Positions 44,202 to 55,269 are shown, counted from the first letter of the stretch. The stretch is DNA of 64,000 nucleotides from Verrucomicrobiota bacterium (GCA_004321905.1 SCQF01000012.1:5411-69410); one strand, 5' to 3'. A program made the numbers and translations. Notes: generated by a model from the letters alone, not told the origin.

Positions 44202-44959
44202 GTGATCTACGATATCGGGTATTGGACTGGGACAGCCAATGGTTCGGCATCCCGATCGGGCGCGCCGACCTCCCGAAGATCACGGCCGCCTCTGCCGCAG
44301 CGGTGGATGCGTGGGCCCGAAGGCAGGGGCTCAAGTGTGTTTACGTTTTTGAGGAGAACGGCATCCAAGCAAATGAATCCTTCGCGGGGTTCAAACCCAT
44401 GGATATTCGGGTGGAGTATGAACTCGACCCGGCTGTGCTGGCGAAAGGCCCCTCGGATGCATCGTTTTCCATGCGCCCTGATGAACAGGAAGCGGTGTGT
44501 TCCCTCGCCCGCCAACTGTTCACCGCAACGCGCTTTTCACGCGATGCGGGGTTCCCCCCGGCGCGTGTACGTGAACTTTATGCGGAATGGGTGCGCCGGG
44601 ATAGCGCGGGGTGCGTCCCTGGCTGCCGGGTGATCCGGGCCGATAATGAAATTATTGGATTTGTCACTGGACGCACAGATTCGACTGATGCCACGCGAGG
44701 CTCGATCGGGCTGCTCGGCGTGGCGGAAGCCTATCGCGGTCGCGGTCTTGGGGCGAAGCTGCTGGATTATGTGTGCCGGGCTTTCGTGAAAACCGGGGTA
44801 AAACGAGTGACGGTGGTCACCCAAGAAATAAATACAGCCGCTTGCCATCTCTATGAACACGGCGGTCATGTCATTGCACGAGGTTGCTGGTATCATCGTT
44901 GGTATGATGACGCCGGATCCGGCAGCAGGAACACGCATGGCTTTTCAAATCCCATTTAA
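44198..44959 (+). CDS. GNAT-family N-acetyltransferase, WecD (dTDP-fucosamine acetyltransferase)-like
   Basis: The GNAT acetyl-CoA motif is present (LLGVAEAYRGRGLGAKLLDYV). The gene lies immediately upstream of, and overlaps, a WecE-type sugar aminotransferase. Confidence 0.55.
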   Translation: MSDLRYRVLDWDSQWFGIPIGRADLPKITAASAAAVDAWARRQGLKCVYVFEENGIQANESFAGFKPMDIRVEYELDPAVLAKGPSDASFSMRPDEQEAVCSLARQLFTATRFSRDAGFPPARVRELYAEWVRRDSAGCVPGCRVIRADNEIIGFVTGRTDSTDATRGSIGLLGVAEAYRGRGLGAKLLDYVCRAFVKTGVKRVTVVTQEINTAACHLYEHGGHVIARGCWYHRWYDDAGSGSRNTHGFSNPI

Positions 44960-46082
44960 CAAACCCTTCATCGCGGGCAAGGAACTGACCTACATCGCCC
45001 AAGCGGTGGCGGGCGGTCAGTTGTCCGGTGACGGCTCGTTTACGCACCGATGCCACGCTTGGCTCGAGCAAAATCTGGCATGTCGCATGGTGCGGCTCAC
45101 GCACTCCGGCACAGCGGCCTTGGAGATGGCCGCCATTTTGGCGGACATCCAGCCCGGCGATGAAATCATCATGCCTTCGTTCACCTTCGTCTCAACTGCA
45201 AACGCCTTTGTATTGCGCGGGGGAGTGCCCGTTTTTGTTGATATTCGACCAGACACGCTAAATCTGGATGAAACATTGATTGAAACCGCCATGACCCCAA
45301 AAACCAAGGCAATCGTGCCCGTGCACTACGCCGGGGTGCCCTGCGAAATGAATACCATTCTCGACGTGGCAAAGCGCCACAATACGTGGGTCATTGAAGA
45401 CGCCGCGCAGGCGCTGCTTTCGACTTATCACGGGCGGCCCTTGGGAACGATTGCTGATCTCGGGTGCATCAGCTTCCATGAAACCAAGAATATCATCAGT
45501 GGCGAGGGCGGAGCCCTGCTGGTGAATCGTCCGAGCTGCATGGAAAGGGCAGAGATCATTCGGGAAAAAGGCACCAACCGCAAACGCTTTCTCCGGGGCG
45601 ACGTGGACAAATACACTTGGGTGGATATCGGTTCCTCCTACCTGCCGAGCGAACTCACGGCGGCGTTTCTGCTCGCGCAGTTTGAGCGCGCCAATGAGAT
45701 CATCCGCCGACGCTGCCGGATTTGCGATCGGTACGGCACCGGGCTTCAGGAGCTTGCTCGTCGCGGGCTGGTGATGTTGCCCTTCCGTTCGCGTGAGACA
45801 GGATCCAACGGACATATGTATTATCTTGTCACCCGTTCGCCCGAGGAACGCCAAAGACTGCTGGGCCACCTTCGCGCACAAGGGATCCTGGCGGTCTTTC
45901 ATTATGTGCCATTGCATACGTCCCCGGCGGGACAGCAGTATGGTCGTGTCGGCGGCGACATGACCGTCACCGACCGGGTCAGCGCCTGCCTGCTGCGGCT
46001 GCCCGTCTATTACGGGATGACGGACGCCGAAACCGACCAAGTGATCGAACAAATACTCAAGTTCTACGCCCAACGGTCATAA
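44937..46082 (+). CDS. DegT/DnrJ/EryC1/StrS-family PLP-dependent nucleotide-sugar aminotransferase (WecE/RffA-like dTDP-4-amino-4,6-dideoxygalactose transaminase)
   Basis: The N-terminus MAFQIPFNKPFIAGKELTYIAQAV and the PLP-lysine region (ISFHETKNIISGEGGALL) are conserved. Confidence 0.85.
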   Translation: MAFQIPFNKPFIAGKELTYIAQAVAGGQLSGDGSFTHRCHAWLEQNLACRMVRLTHSGTAALEMAAILADIQPGDEIIMPSFTFVSTANAFVLRGGVPVFVDIRPDTLNLDETLIETAMTPKTKAIVPVHYAGVPCEMNTILDVAKRHNTWVIEDAAQALLSTYHGRPLGTIADLGCISFHETKNIISGEGGALLVNRPSCMERAEIIREKGTNRKRFLRGDVDKYTWVDIGSSYLPSELTAAFLLAQFERANEIIRRRCRICDRYGTGLQELARRGLVMLPFRSRETGSNGHMYYLVTRSPEERQRLLGHLRAQGILAVFHYVPLHTSPAGQQYGRVGGDMTVTDRVSACLLRLPVYYGMTDAETDQVIEQILKFYAQRS

Positions 46083-46097
46083 GGTCCCTACAAACTC

Positions 46098-47015
46098 ATG
46101 ATGACTTCCCGTTCTCCTGCTCCCGCCATCCCGGCAATATCGCCGCGGATCAGCATTGTCACACCGTCCTTCAACCAAGCCCCTTTTCTGGAACAAACCA
46201 TCCGGTCTGTCTTGGGGCAGGATTATCCCAACCTTGAGTACATCATCATCGACGGCGGCAGCACCGACGGTTCGGTAGACATTATCCGAAAATACGCCGA
46301 CCGGCTGACCTATTGGTGTAGCGAATCCGACCACGGACAATACGATGCCATCAACAAGGGCTTTGCTCATTCTACTGGCGAAATTATGGCGTGGGTAAAC
46401 GCAGATGATATGATCTTTCCATGGACGCTCGGCGTTGTGGCGCAAATTTTCTCGGAATTTCGGGAGGTCACATGGATCTCAAGCCTTTTGCCTGCATGTT
46501 GGAATAGCGCAGGCCTTTTTGTCGGTGTTTTCCCGAGAACGGGATTTAATCGCACCCTTTTCTATCGCGGACAGTACTTTAAGCACCCTCGCCATTATGG
46601 AGGTGAGTTCATCCAGCAGGAGTCCACCTTCTGGCGACGGGTGCTTTGGGAAGGGGTTGGCGCACGCCTGTCAAACCAATATAAGCTAGCGGGAGATTTT
46701 GAATTATGGGCGCGGTTTTTTCAGCACGCAGAGTTATTCGGCGTTAGGACCCTCCTGGGTGGATTTAGAGTTCACGGGAACCAGCGATCGATTACAAATA
46801 TGAACGAGTACATAGCAGAGGCCGATGCCGTGCTTTATCAATACGGCGGAAGACATTATGGCGCGATAGAATCATGGATAAAGCGTACAAAACTCGGCGC
46901 AAAATGGCCATTTTGCAGGTTTCCATTTATGGGTTTTGTCCATCCTGTATCTAATATTGGATGGTCGTTAGACAAAAGCGAATGGGTTAAAAAAACCGAA
47001 TGGGTCAGCAGTTAA
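46098..47015 (+). CDS. Glycosyltransferase family 2
   Basis: GT-A motifs are present ([38 protein letters not shown]). Confidence 0.8.
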   Translation: MMTSRSPAPAIPAISPRISIVTPSFNQAPFLEQTIRSVLGQDYPNLEYIIIDGGSTDGSVDIIRKYADRLTYWCSESDHGQYDAINKGFAHSTGEIMAWVNADDMIFPWTLGVVAQIFSEFREVTWISSLLPACWNSAGLFVGVFPRTGFNRTLFYRGQYFKHPRHYGGEFIQQESTFWRRVLWEGVGARLSNQYKLAGDFELWARFFQHAELFGVRTLLGGFRVHGNQRSITNMNEYIAEADAVLYQYGGRHYGAIESWIKRTKLGAKWPFCRFPFMGFVHPVSNIGWSLDKSEWVKKTEWVSS

Positions 47016-47429
47016 AGCTATGGTCGGTAAGAAAGCTTGTGCCTTAGTGAAAGAAGCAATCATTATAATCGAGTTAATGCCCGCGACAGGGTGTTTATCT
47101 GCCAAAATACTCAAGCGATTCGCACTGCACCGATTTTTGAGAGACGCAACCCATCGGTTACCCTGCCTCGCCTTTCTACCCGATGGACGCGACAGAGACC
47201 AAGCCGATACGCGGTGGCAACTTCCCCCGGATATGATTATAGCGTTTCTCAAAATTTTTGGATTTTCTACGACCCACGTTTGTCATCACCGACAGACCAG
47301 TGTACTCAGAGGTACCAGTTTGGATTTATACACGGTCGCAGGACGGCGTTAATGAATAGGTATGCGGTGTATATAATCGTTTCAATAATGCCCCTGATCT
47401 TTTCGTGAAAAATCTGATCCACACAGCCC

Positions 47430-48302
47430 GTGAAAATCTCTGTTATAATACCTAGTTATAACCAAGGAAGATTCCTTGTGGATTGTGTAGAAAGTTTGGT
47501 TTCGCAGCAATTAAATTTAGGAACAACTGTTGAAATACTGATTTTTGACGGGGGGTCAAAAGATACAACACAAGAAACGATTAAACCTTACCTCGAGAAG
47601 TATTCTAATGTCTGTTTTTTTTCCGAACAAGACCGGGGACAATCAAACGCGATTAATAAAGGGTTTCGCAAGGCTACGGGCAATATTATTTGTTGGCTAA
47701 ACTGCGATGACTACTTTTTGCCGGGGGCCCTAGCCTGTGTAGCACGGCACTTCCACGCGTATCCCCATCTGCAATGGCTGTATGGTGATGGAGTTTTAGT
47801 TGCAGAAGACAAGAAAACATTAGGAGTGTTTCCGGCTTCAAGGGAATACGATCAATGGGTGCTGGTTTCTTTACTCGACTACATATTTCAACCCTCAACA
47901 TTTTGGCGTCGGACGATGATAGAAAAAGTGGGCGATCTTGATGAAACTCTAAACTGGGGGATGGATTGGGATTATTTTATTCGCCTCGGAAAGGTGTCTA
48001 CGCCGCACTATGTGCGTCAACAGCTTTCTGCTCAACGAATTTATGGAAGTACTAAAACCGCAACCGGTGGAACCAAACGGCTCAAAGAACTTTATCGTAT
48101 TATGAGACGCCACGGTGCACCTTTTTTCCCTCCGGGATTACTTCATTACAGCTACCTAGAATTCTGGCCGCTAGCCGAAAAAAATCTTTCACAGAAGACC
48201 TATGCACGCGTGATGCCTTGGTTGGACCGGATTTATAAGCGTATCCTGTTTCCGGCGCTCTTGCGTTGGACCCATCAAACTTGTCCATATAAAGGAGACT
48301 AG
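47430..48302 (+). CDS. Glycosyltransferase family 2 (low-GC paralogue, GTG start)
   Basis: The N-terminus (V/M)KISVIIPSYNQGRFL, FDGGSKDTT and WLNCDD are present. GC is about 45%. Confidence 0.75.
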   Translation: MKISVIIPSYNQGRFLVDCVESLVSQQLNLGTTVEILIFDGGSKDTTQETIKPYLEKYSNVCFFSEQDRGQSNAINKGFRKATGNIICWLNCDDYFLPGALACVARHFHAYPHLQWLYGDGVLVAEDKKTLGVFPASREYDQWVLVSLLDYIFQPSTFWRRTMIEKVGDLDETLNWGMDWDYFIRLGKVSTPHYVRQQLSAQRIYGSTKTATGGTKRLKELYRIMRRHGAPFFPPGLLHYSYLEFWPLAEKNLSQKTYARVMPWLDRIYKRILFPALLRWTHQTCPYKGD

Positions 48303-48680
48303 GGTTAAGAATTGCCCGCTTCTGTGAAATTCAAATCGCGTTTGGTTTTGGGATTGATTCGGTGTCGGCCTACTATGCTTATCGGATGGGATGAAGAGTG
48401 TTAGTGGACGGCAGGGTTATAATCTACCACCCCGCCGCAGTTACGCCCATTGATCTAGCTGTAGAAGATCAAGTAAAATGCCTTGGTCAAAAGGGGTAGT
48501 ATTACTAGGCGGCGGCTTCAACGGGAAGGGCGGTTGGACGAAAGCCTGCGACGATGGGGCCGAACTTGTTATCAGCCCTTCTTGCGGGCAGAAGGTTCGT
48601 GATTTCTTAACAGAAAAAATGCCGTTATGCCTGAAAAATAGGGGTGGCGCTCTGTGGTTGCGAAAAGTGAAAGATTGAGC

Positions 48681-49721
48681 ATGCCGCCGAAGGTCTCCAT
48701 CTGCTTGCCGGTACGGAACGCCGCGCCGTTTCTCGCGGAACGCATTGCATCCATCAAGGCACAGACCTTGACCGATTGGGAGGTGGTGGCACTAGATGGT
48801 TTTTCGGATGATGGATCATGGGAGCAAATTTTGGCGTGGGCTTCTTGCGACCCCCGCGTGCGCGCGCTCCAAGAACCGCCCGCGGGCATCTATCCGGCCT
48901 TCAATCGCTGCATCGAGATGGCGACCGGTCCGTTCATTTACATCGCCACCGCCGACGACACGATGGCACCAGACTGTTTGGATAAAATGGTCGCAGCCTT
49001 GGAAGCGCATCCTGACTGTGGCCTCTGTCAGTGCCGTCTGCAAATCATTGATGAGCAGAGCACCCCATATCCCGGTCAACACCAATGGAACCATTACACC
49101 TTGGGCATTTATGACCAAGCATTGGTGCAACGGCGCAACCTGCGCCGGGCACCCCACGATGGACTGCTCCACCCGGCTTTGTTCACGGTCTACACATCCG
49201 TCACGCAGTTGCTGATCAGACGCGCTGTGTTTACCCGGGTTGGACTGTTCGATGGACGATGGGGATCCATCAGCGATTTCGAGTGGGGGATGCGGACAGG
49301 GCTCATGGAGAATTGTATTTATATTCCCGATATGCTCGCCACGTGGAGACAGCATGGCCGCCAAGCGACGCAGGATGTGCATTCTCCCGCGGCAAGAGTG
49401 AAGATGATCGAAATGTCCCAAAATGCCTTTAACCGGACAAGAGACATCGGCCCTCCGCTGTTGGCGAAGATAGACGCGAAGGCCTTCACCGCCTTTCTGG
49501 AGAAGGATCTCTTAGAACTCACATGTCAAAGCGCCTCTAGTCAGCGTACATGTCTAGTATACTTGTTGGGCCAACTTCTTTTCCATCCGCGTTGGGTGAT
49601 TACCTGCGTCATCACCCGGTTAAGGCGTCACTCATGGGGGTACTGGGCCAACGAGATCCGCTATAAAGACCTTCGTCGGTTGCTCGTCAAAGTTCATGCG
49701 CCACAACCTGAGTTTCTATGA
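48681..49721 (+). CDS. Glycosyltransferase family 2
   Basis: The N-terminus MPPKVSICLPVRNAAPFLAERIASI and ALDGFSDDGS are present. The start is taken at the internal Met. Confidence 0.75.
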   Translation: MPPKVSICLPVRNAAPFLAERIASIKAQTLTDWEVVALDGFSDDGSWEQILAWASCDPRVRALQEPPAGIYPAFNRCIEMATGPFIYIATADDTMAPDCLDKMVAALEAHPDCGLCQCRLQIIDEQSTPYPGQHQWNHYTLGIYDQALVQRRNLRRAPHDGLLHPALFTVYTSVTQLLIRRAVFTRVGLFDGRWGSISDFEWGMRTGLMENCIYIPDMLATWRQHGRQATQDVHSPAARVKMIEMSQNAFNRTRDIGPPLLAKIDAKAFTAFLEKDLLELTCQSASSQRTCLVYLLGQLLFHPRWVITCVITRLRRHSWGYWANEIRYKDLRRLLVKVHAPQPEFL

Positions 49722-49832
49722 AAAAATATTCCCATGGTGAGTTAATTTCGCAAGCTATGGCCCGCCGCTATCGCTGGTCGTCACCACTCATCTTGGGCAA
49801 AGATGACAATGCCCCGTGAACAGGAATCAACC

Positions 49833-51095
49833 ATGCGTATTTTAATTGCCTCACACTATCTGCCGTGGCCGCTTAACTCGGGCGGCAATGCGGCGCAGTT
49901 CTCCACATTAAAGTGCTTGGCGGAAGACCACCAGTTCACACTGGTTTGTCCGGTGTATACCGAGGCCGAATTCTTGCACGTGAATGAACTTCAACGCCAA
50001 CTTCCGCAAGTTTATATTCGTCCGGTATGTTATAATAAAGCAACACGAACGAGATTTTTAGCGCGCATCGTACGGTTTATACGGGGGGGGCGGCTTCTAG
50101 ACTTATCGGCCCACCAGCATCCGGAACCGCCAGGCATGGGCAGACCTTACTATCCGTTCTTGCCATTACCGGAGAACTTGATCCTTGTATTGCAGGAAGA
50201 ATTGTCGAAGGGTACGGATTTATTCCAAGCGGAATTTGTAGAGATGCTACCACTTGGTGCTTGGATCCCAGAAAATATACCAAAGTTATTCATTCATTAC
50301 CAAATTCACTTTGTTTATTCGGATAGATTTCTGACAACCCGTGGCAGGGATGGTTATTCTGATTACCTAAATGCCGCCATGCGTGTACAGGAGGTGGCTT
50401 ATCTTCAGAACTTTGAGGGTGTGATTACATTAAGCGAAGAGGATCGGCAATGCCTCGTGCCATATGTTGCACCAGAGAAACTGTTTGTTAGCCCCTTCCC
50501 TATACCGGCTGATATCGGCATTGCTACTGATCTTCCGCAACGGTTTGATGGTAGATTCCTATTAGTAGCGTCAGAAGGACATGCGCCCAACCGAGATGCT
50601 CTCGCGTGGTTACTCGCTGACGTTTGGCCGAAGATCAAGAGCAAGTTGCCATTGGCCCGGCTGCTTGTCGTCGGAGAATGGAGTGAATCGGCCAAGATTA
50701 GACACTCAACAGCTGGGTTAAGCTTCTTGGGTTTTATCCCCGAGCTTGCCACGACGTTACGAGGCGGCATTCTGCTGGTGCCATTGCGGATTGGTAGTGG
50801 TATTCGAGTCAAGATCATGGTCGCGTTGGCGCAGGGGGTGCCCGTTATCAGCACAACGGTAGGCTGCGAGGGGTTGCAGGTCAAGGATGGGCAGGAGATC
50901 TTGGTTCGGGATGATCCCCAGGAATTCAGCAAGGCCGCCATCCAACTGGCTCAAGACCCGGAGTTGTGGCGGCGCTTAGCTGTGAAGGGCCGGACTGCCG
51001 CTACCGATTACTATTCCCCCGAGGTCGTGCGCCGACGCCGAAATGAGATTTACGCCGAACTCGCAGAGAATCATCGGCGCGCCCGCGCGCCCTGA
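49833..51095 (+). CDS. Glycosyltransferase family 4
   Basis: The N-terminus MRILIASHYLPWPLNSGG and the C-terminal GT-B motif (IMVALAQGVPVIST) are present. Confidence 0.75.
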   Translation: MRILIASHYLPWPLNSGGNAAQFSTLKCLAEDHQFTLVCPVYTEAEFLHVNELQRQLPQVYIRPVCYNKATRTRFLARIVRFIRGGRLLDLSAHQHPEPPGMGRPYYPFLPLPENLILVLQEELSKGTDLFQAEFVEMLPLGAWIPENIPKLFIHYQIHFVYSDRFLTTRGRDGYSDYLNAAMRVQEVAYLQNFEGVITLSEEDRQCLVPYVAPEKLFVSPFPIPADIGIATDLPQRFDGRFLLVASEGHAPNRDALAWLLADVWPKIKSKLPLARLLVVGEWSESAKIRHSTAGLSFLGFIPELATTLRGGILLVPLRIGSGIRVKIMVALAQGVPVISTTVGCEGLQVKDGQEILVRDDPQEFSKAAIQLAQDPELWRRLAVKGRTAATDYYSPEVVRRRRNEIYAELAENHRRARAP

Positions 51096-51250
51096 TAACA
51101 ACTTCAGCCCCTCCCCCTCCCAAGAGGCATGGCCCATATTCTCTCAATGAATCGGGGGGCGATAAAAGAACGCTTCTTTTCGCGAAGCCGAAACATTTTG
51201 TTTCGACATAAACTTTGTGAGCAGCCCGCCGAAACGGTAACCAATCTCAT

Positions 51251-52288
51251 ATGAAACAAGCGCCTTGCGTTAGCATTTGTATCCCCACCTACAACAGCAG
51301 GGACTATCTTGCTGAATGCATTGCCAGTATCCGCGCCCAGACCTTCACAGACTACGAGGTCGTAATTTGTGATGATGAGAGTTCGGATGGAACGCTCGAC
51401 TTGGCCCGACAACTGGCCAAGGGCGACACCCGCTTTCGTTTCATTTCAAATCCGTGTCGCTTGGGGCTTGTTCAGAACTGGAATAATTGCGTTAAGCAGG
51501 CGCGCGGAGAATGGATCAAGTTTGTATTTCAAGATGATGTTATCAAGTCGTCATGCCTTGAAAAGCTCCTCCTCGCGTGCGAGCGGGGGCACAAGTTGGT
51601 TGGATTTTGCGAGCGGGATTTTATCTATGAAGACAGGACACCCCCGGCACTACGGAGTTCGTTTGAACGCCATAAACAAAAGCTGCGTACAGACTACCAG
51701 GGCACATCGGTAATTGATGCAGCGCGCGCCGTGCAAATCGCAATTCAGCATCCATGGCACAATCTTGTCGGCGAACCCACGGTGACCCTGATTAACAAAT
51801 CTGTATTTCACGCGTGGGGGGAATTTGATCCGGCATTTGTTCAATTGTGCGATACAGAATTTTGGTGCCGCATAATGATTAACGAAGGGGCGGCATTTGT
51901 GCCGCAGAGCTTGGCCGCGTTTCGTGTTCATTCCAAAGCAACAACGGCACAAAACCTCGCCCAAAGGACGTTCCGCATGGATGTCTTGGACAAATTAACG
52001 TTGCGTTATCAGCAGGCCTTTGGTCGCCACTTCAAGCCCGTCCGAAATCCCCGCCTGACGGGAAAAACTACGTATGCGCTACGCAAGGACTGTGCCGTTA
52101 CGGCGGCCCAAGCTTGGCAACAGGCGAGAATGGTTTGCCGAGCCGGTGACGAGTCGTTTATCTCCGAGTGGCGGGAAGTCAGATCACATCATCCCGGGCT
52201 TCACGCCCTTGCCGGCCTGGGTTGTTGGTGGCTTTTCCTTAGCTGGATGAAGCGCATGATTGTTCACAGACTTGACTCGCAAGCCTAA
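51251..52288 (+). CDS. Glycosyltransferase family 2
   Basis: VSICIPTYNSRDYLAECIASI, VICDDESSDGT and FQDDV are present. Confidence 0.8.
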   Translation: MKQAPCVSICIPTYNSRDYLAECIASIRAQTFTDYEVVICDDESSDGTLDLARQLAKGDTRFRFISNPCRLGLVQNWNNCVKQARGEWIKFVFQDDVIKSSCLEKLLLACERGHKLVGFCERDFIYEDRTPPALRSSFERHKQKLRTDYQGTSVIDAARAVQIAIQHPWHNLVGEPTVTLINKSVFHAWGEFDPAFVQLCDTEFWCRIMINEGAAFVPQSLAAFRVHSKATTAQNLAQRTFRMDVLDKLTLRYQQAFGRHFKPVRNPRLTGKTTYALRKDCAVTAAQAWQQARMVCRAGDESFISEWREVRSHHPGLHALAGLGCWWLFLSWMKRMIVHRLDSQA

Positions 52289-52315
52289 GTTTCGACCGAA
52301 ATACAACCGATAAAT

Positions 52316-53671
52316 ATGATGCCAAAAGTCAGTGTTGTGACGGTCAATTATAATGGGGAACGATTTCTCAAGGGACTCCTGGAGAGCATTGCTAAACAGA
52401 CCTACTCTGCTTTCGAAACGATTGTGGTCGATAATGCTTCGACCGACACTTCGGTTGTGGAACTTCAACGCCGTTTCCCCAGTGTACGTATCGTAACAAG
52501 CGGCACAAATCTTGGATTTGCCGGCGGGAATAATCTTGGCGCCCAACAGGCACGCGGCGACCTGATCGCCTTCATCAATAATGACGCGGTAGTTGACGAA
52601 TATTGGCTCGAAAGGCTTGTTAACAGATATGTCCGCTTAGAAACGCAGGATCACCGGGTTGGCGCAATCGCACCGAAGGTGCGGTTGTTTAGGCGTTTCG
52701 TTGAAATCACCGTTACTGTGCCCACGTCTTATTCTGCCGATCATGATAACCGAGCGCTTGGTATTGCCGTTGATATTCAAAATACCGGCATTATGGGCGC
52801 GGACTATGACAAGAAACTTTTCCGGGCTGGTTTTTACAAGGAGGAATGCGGGTTTGATGGGCGGATCGTGCGGTGGTCCAAGGGTAATTGCTCGTTCTCG
52901 CTGCCCATTCCAGACCCGCCCCCTGCAAATCCTGCTCAACCGGCTATGCTGCGCCTCACCGTTTCAGGTGGAAGCGCCACAGACAAACGCGTCGCAGAAA
53001 TCTATTGTGGGACCACCCGCCTTTCAACAATCGCGGTGAATAAATCCTTCACCACCCACGAGATTTCGCTCGCACCCGGCATGCTGAATCAAGCAACGTG
53101 GCTAATTAACAATGCCGGTACCCATCTCAATTTCCGGAATGGAGCAACCGCCGACCGCGGTATTTTTGAGCAAGATATGGGGCAGTATGATTTTTCAAGT
53201 CCGGTGGACGCCTTTTGCGGATGTTCATTTTTGATGAACCGGGCTTTGTTTCTTCGCTTCGGAGGATTTGACGAATCATTTTTCATGTACTTTGAGGACA
53301 CCGATCTATCTTGGCGACTAACCAAAGCCGGATATCGCATTTTTTTTGAACCGACCAGTGTTGTCCACCACATACACGCAGGCTCCAGCATCGAATGGTC
53401 GCCTTCGTTCCGATATCATGTGACGCGAAATCAACAGTTGATGAAAATAAAAAATATTCCCTCGCTCATCTTGCCTGCGACATTGCTTTTACTTGTTGTT
53501 AAATGGCTGTTTTATGGGGTGAGTCTTGTCCGTAGTGATGGGCTGCCGCGCGATCTTTCGTTGTCACAACTCACACCAGACCAGATAAGTTTCAAGGCGT
53601 TGGGGACTGCGCTGCGTATGGCATCAGCCATGCTTGCCAAACGGGCCCACAATCCCCCCGTTAATGCATGA
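52316..53671 (+). CDS. Glycosyltransferase family 2 (rhamnosyltransferase-like) with a ~150-aa insertion and a C-terminal TM segment
   Basis: VSVVTVNYNGERFL, VVDNASTD and FINNDAVV are present, plus a C-terminal FMYFEDTDLSWRL motif. Confidence 0.8.
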   Translation: MMPKVSVVTVNYNGERFLKGLLESIAKQTYSAFETIVVDNASTDTSVVELQRRFPSVRIVTSGTNLGFAGGNNLGAQQARGDLIAFINNDAVVDEYWLERLVNRYVRLETQDHRVGAIAPKVRLFRRFVEITVTVPTSYSADHDNRALGIAVDIQNTGIMGADYDKKLFRAGFYKEECGFDGRIVRWSKGNCSFSLPIPDPPPANPAQPAMLRLTVSGGSATDKRVAEIYCGTTRLSTIAVNKSFTTHEISLAPGMLNQATWLINNAGTHLNFRNGATADRGIFEQDMGQYDFSSPVDAFCGCSFLMNRALFLRFGGFDESFFMYFEDTDLSWRLTKAGYRIFFEPTSVVHHIHAGSSIEWSPSFRYHVTRNQQLMKIKNIPSLILPATLLLLVVKWLFYGVSLVRSDGLPRDLSLSQLTPDQISFKALGTALRMASAMLAKRAHNPPVNA

Positions 53672-55263
53672 GAATAGGTATTTACAACCGCTATTGGAAC
53701 ACCCTAGGTGGTGGCGAAAAGTATGCCGGGACATTGGCCGAGACCTTTTCAGAAAAACATGATGTTGATTTGATCACCACGGCTCCCAACAATACGATTG
53801 AGGAACTTCAGCGTAGACTCCGCCTTGATTTGCATAGATGCCGTCCCGTGTGTTGGCCCAACAAGCCGTGTCGGGACCTGTACCCGCTTAGTTCGGCCTA
53901 CGATTTGTTCATCAATGCAACATACTGTTCATCCATGCCGTCTGCCGCACCGCTTTCGTTATATGTGTGTTTCTTTCCGCACCCTGTTGTTGGAGCAACC
54001 ACATGGCAGCAGCTCGCCACGCTCGCAGGGCAGCGTGTCCGCGCCATATCCGAGCAAGCCCGCGATCGCATGGAATCGTGCTGGTCTTTGTTGCGTCGCC
54101 CCCGGGCGATTCTTCTGGCGGGGTATCACGATCGCGGAGCGAGTGGACAGGGCTGTTTTGCCGGTCACGGGCTGATGGCCATTCATGCCAGTGCGCTAAG
54201 CGCGGGCCGGCTTCACATTCCCCTGCATGAGTCATCCACCAGCAACGTGCGGAGCGTGCGGGTTGATGGGGTTCCCGCCTCGTGGACAATACACGACCAC
54301 ACGCTCGTGGTTGAATGGCCAATCGCACCAATAAAGGACTGGATGGTTCTTGCATTTGAAACAGACACCTCCGATCAGCCGAAGAGCAAGCTTTCGTCGA
54401 AATATCGCGCCACAGGACTATGTATCAACACCACTACACTTGGTGCCGTCATAGACCGTGGCTTCAGAAACCGGCTCTTTCCACCCGCATCGGCATCCAT
54501 AGCGATTAATTCTTACACCCGCATTCTCGCCATATCGGAGTTTACTTCGCGCTGGGTACAGACCCGATGGAATCGGACTTCCGAACTTCTCCCCCCTTCT
54601 ATTGATACCGACATGTTCACCTTCGACCCCGCAGTTCCCCGGCAACCTGTGATTCTAAGTGTCGGGCGTTTTTTTCATGGCAGCCACAACAAGAAGCACC
54701 ACGAAATGGCCAGGGCTTTTATCCGCCTGCGTTCGGAAGGTGTAATCCCCGAAGGATGGCGACTCCGTTTCATTGGTTCCCGACATACTGACCGATGGCA
54801 ACATCGGCTTTTCTTCAAAAAATTGGAAAGAATATGCGCCGGGCATCCCATTGATATTTTGACCGACTTGCCCTTTCCTGCGCTTTTAAAAGAATATCAA
54901 CAGGCCCACGCCTACTGGCACGCGGCGGGCTGGGGTGAAAAAGAGGATAGCACCCCCGAACTGCACGAACACTTCGGTATTACGACTTGCGAGGCCATGG
55001 CTTGCGGATGCCTCCCCATTGTGATTGATAGCGCAGGCCAACGGGAAATTGTGCGAGGCGTTCAACAAGCAGGGTTTCTTTTTGAAGACTACGCATCATT
55101 GAAGAAGCAAATGACCGAGTGTGTATCTGTATTTGGCACAGAACGAGTGACAACCATGCGAGGGATTGCGCACGACTCAATCATGAAATACTCAAAGGCC
55201 TCGTTTGTGTCAAAAGCAGAAGCAATCCTGCGCGACCTTAAATATGATAGACTGCGGGACTAG
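53668..55263 (+). CDS. Glycosyltransferase family 4 with an extended N-terminal domain
   Basis: The C-terminal GT-B motif is present (HEHFGITTCEAMACGCLPIV). It overlaps the previous stop (ATGA). Confidence 0.7.
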   Translation: MRIGIYNRYWNTLGGGEKYAGTLAETFSEKHDVDLITTAPNNTIEELQRRLRLDLHRCRPVCWPNKPCRDLYPLSSAYDLFINATYCSSMPSAAPLSLYVCFFPHPVVGATTWQQLATLAGQRVRAISEQARDRMESCWSLLRRPRAILLAGYHDRGASGQGCFAGHGLMAIHASALSAGRLHIPLHESSTSNVRSVRVDGVPASWTIHDHTLVVEWPIAPIKDWMVLAFETDTSDQPKSKLSSKYRATGLCINTTTLGAVIDRGFRNRLFPPASASIAINSYTRILAISEFTSRWVQTRWNRTSELLPPSIDTDMFTFDPAVPRQPVILSVGRFFHGSHNKKHHEMARAFIRLRSEGVIPEGWRLRFIGSRHTDRWQHRLFFKKLERICAGHPIDILTDLPFPALLKEYQQAHAYWHAAGWGEKEDSTPELHEHFGITTCEAMACGCLPIVIDSAGQREIVRGVQQAGFLFEDYASLKKQMTECVSVFGTERVTTMRGIAHDSIMKYSKASFVSKAEAILRDLKYDRLRD

Positions 55264-55269
55264 CATACG

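Noticed and set aside
48303-48680. A possible gene or ncRNA in the 380-bp gap before the GT2 gene at 48681 (track ORF 48478..48678)
   Set aside because: The 66-aa ORF has no homology and has mixed composition. A ggttataat -10-like element is present, but nothing else supports a distinct feature, so it is treated as an intergenic or promoter region.
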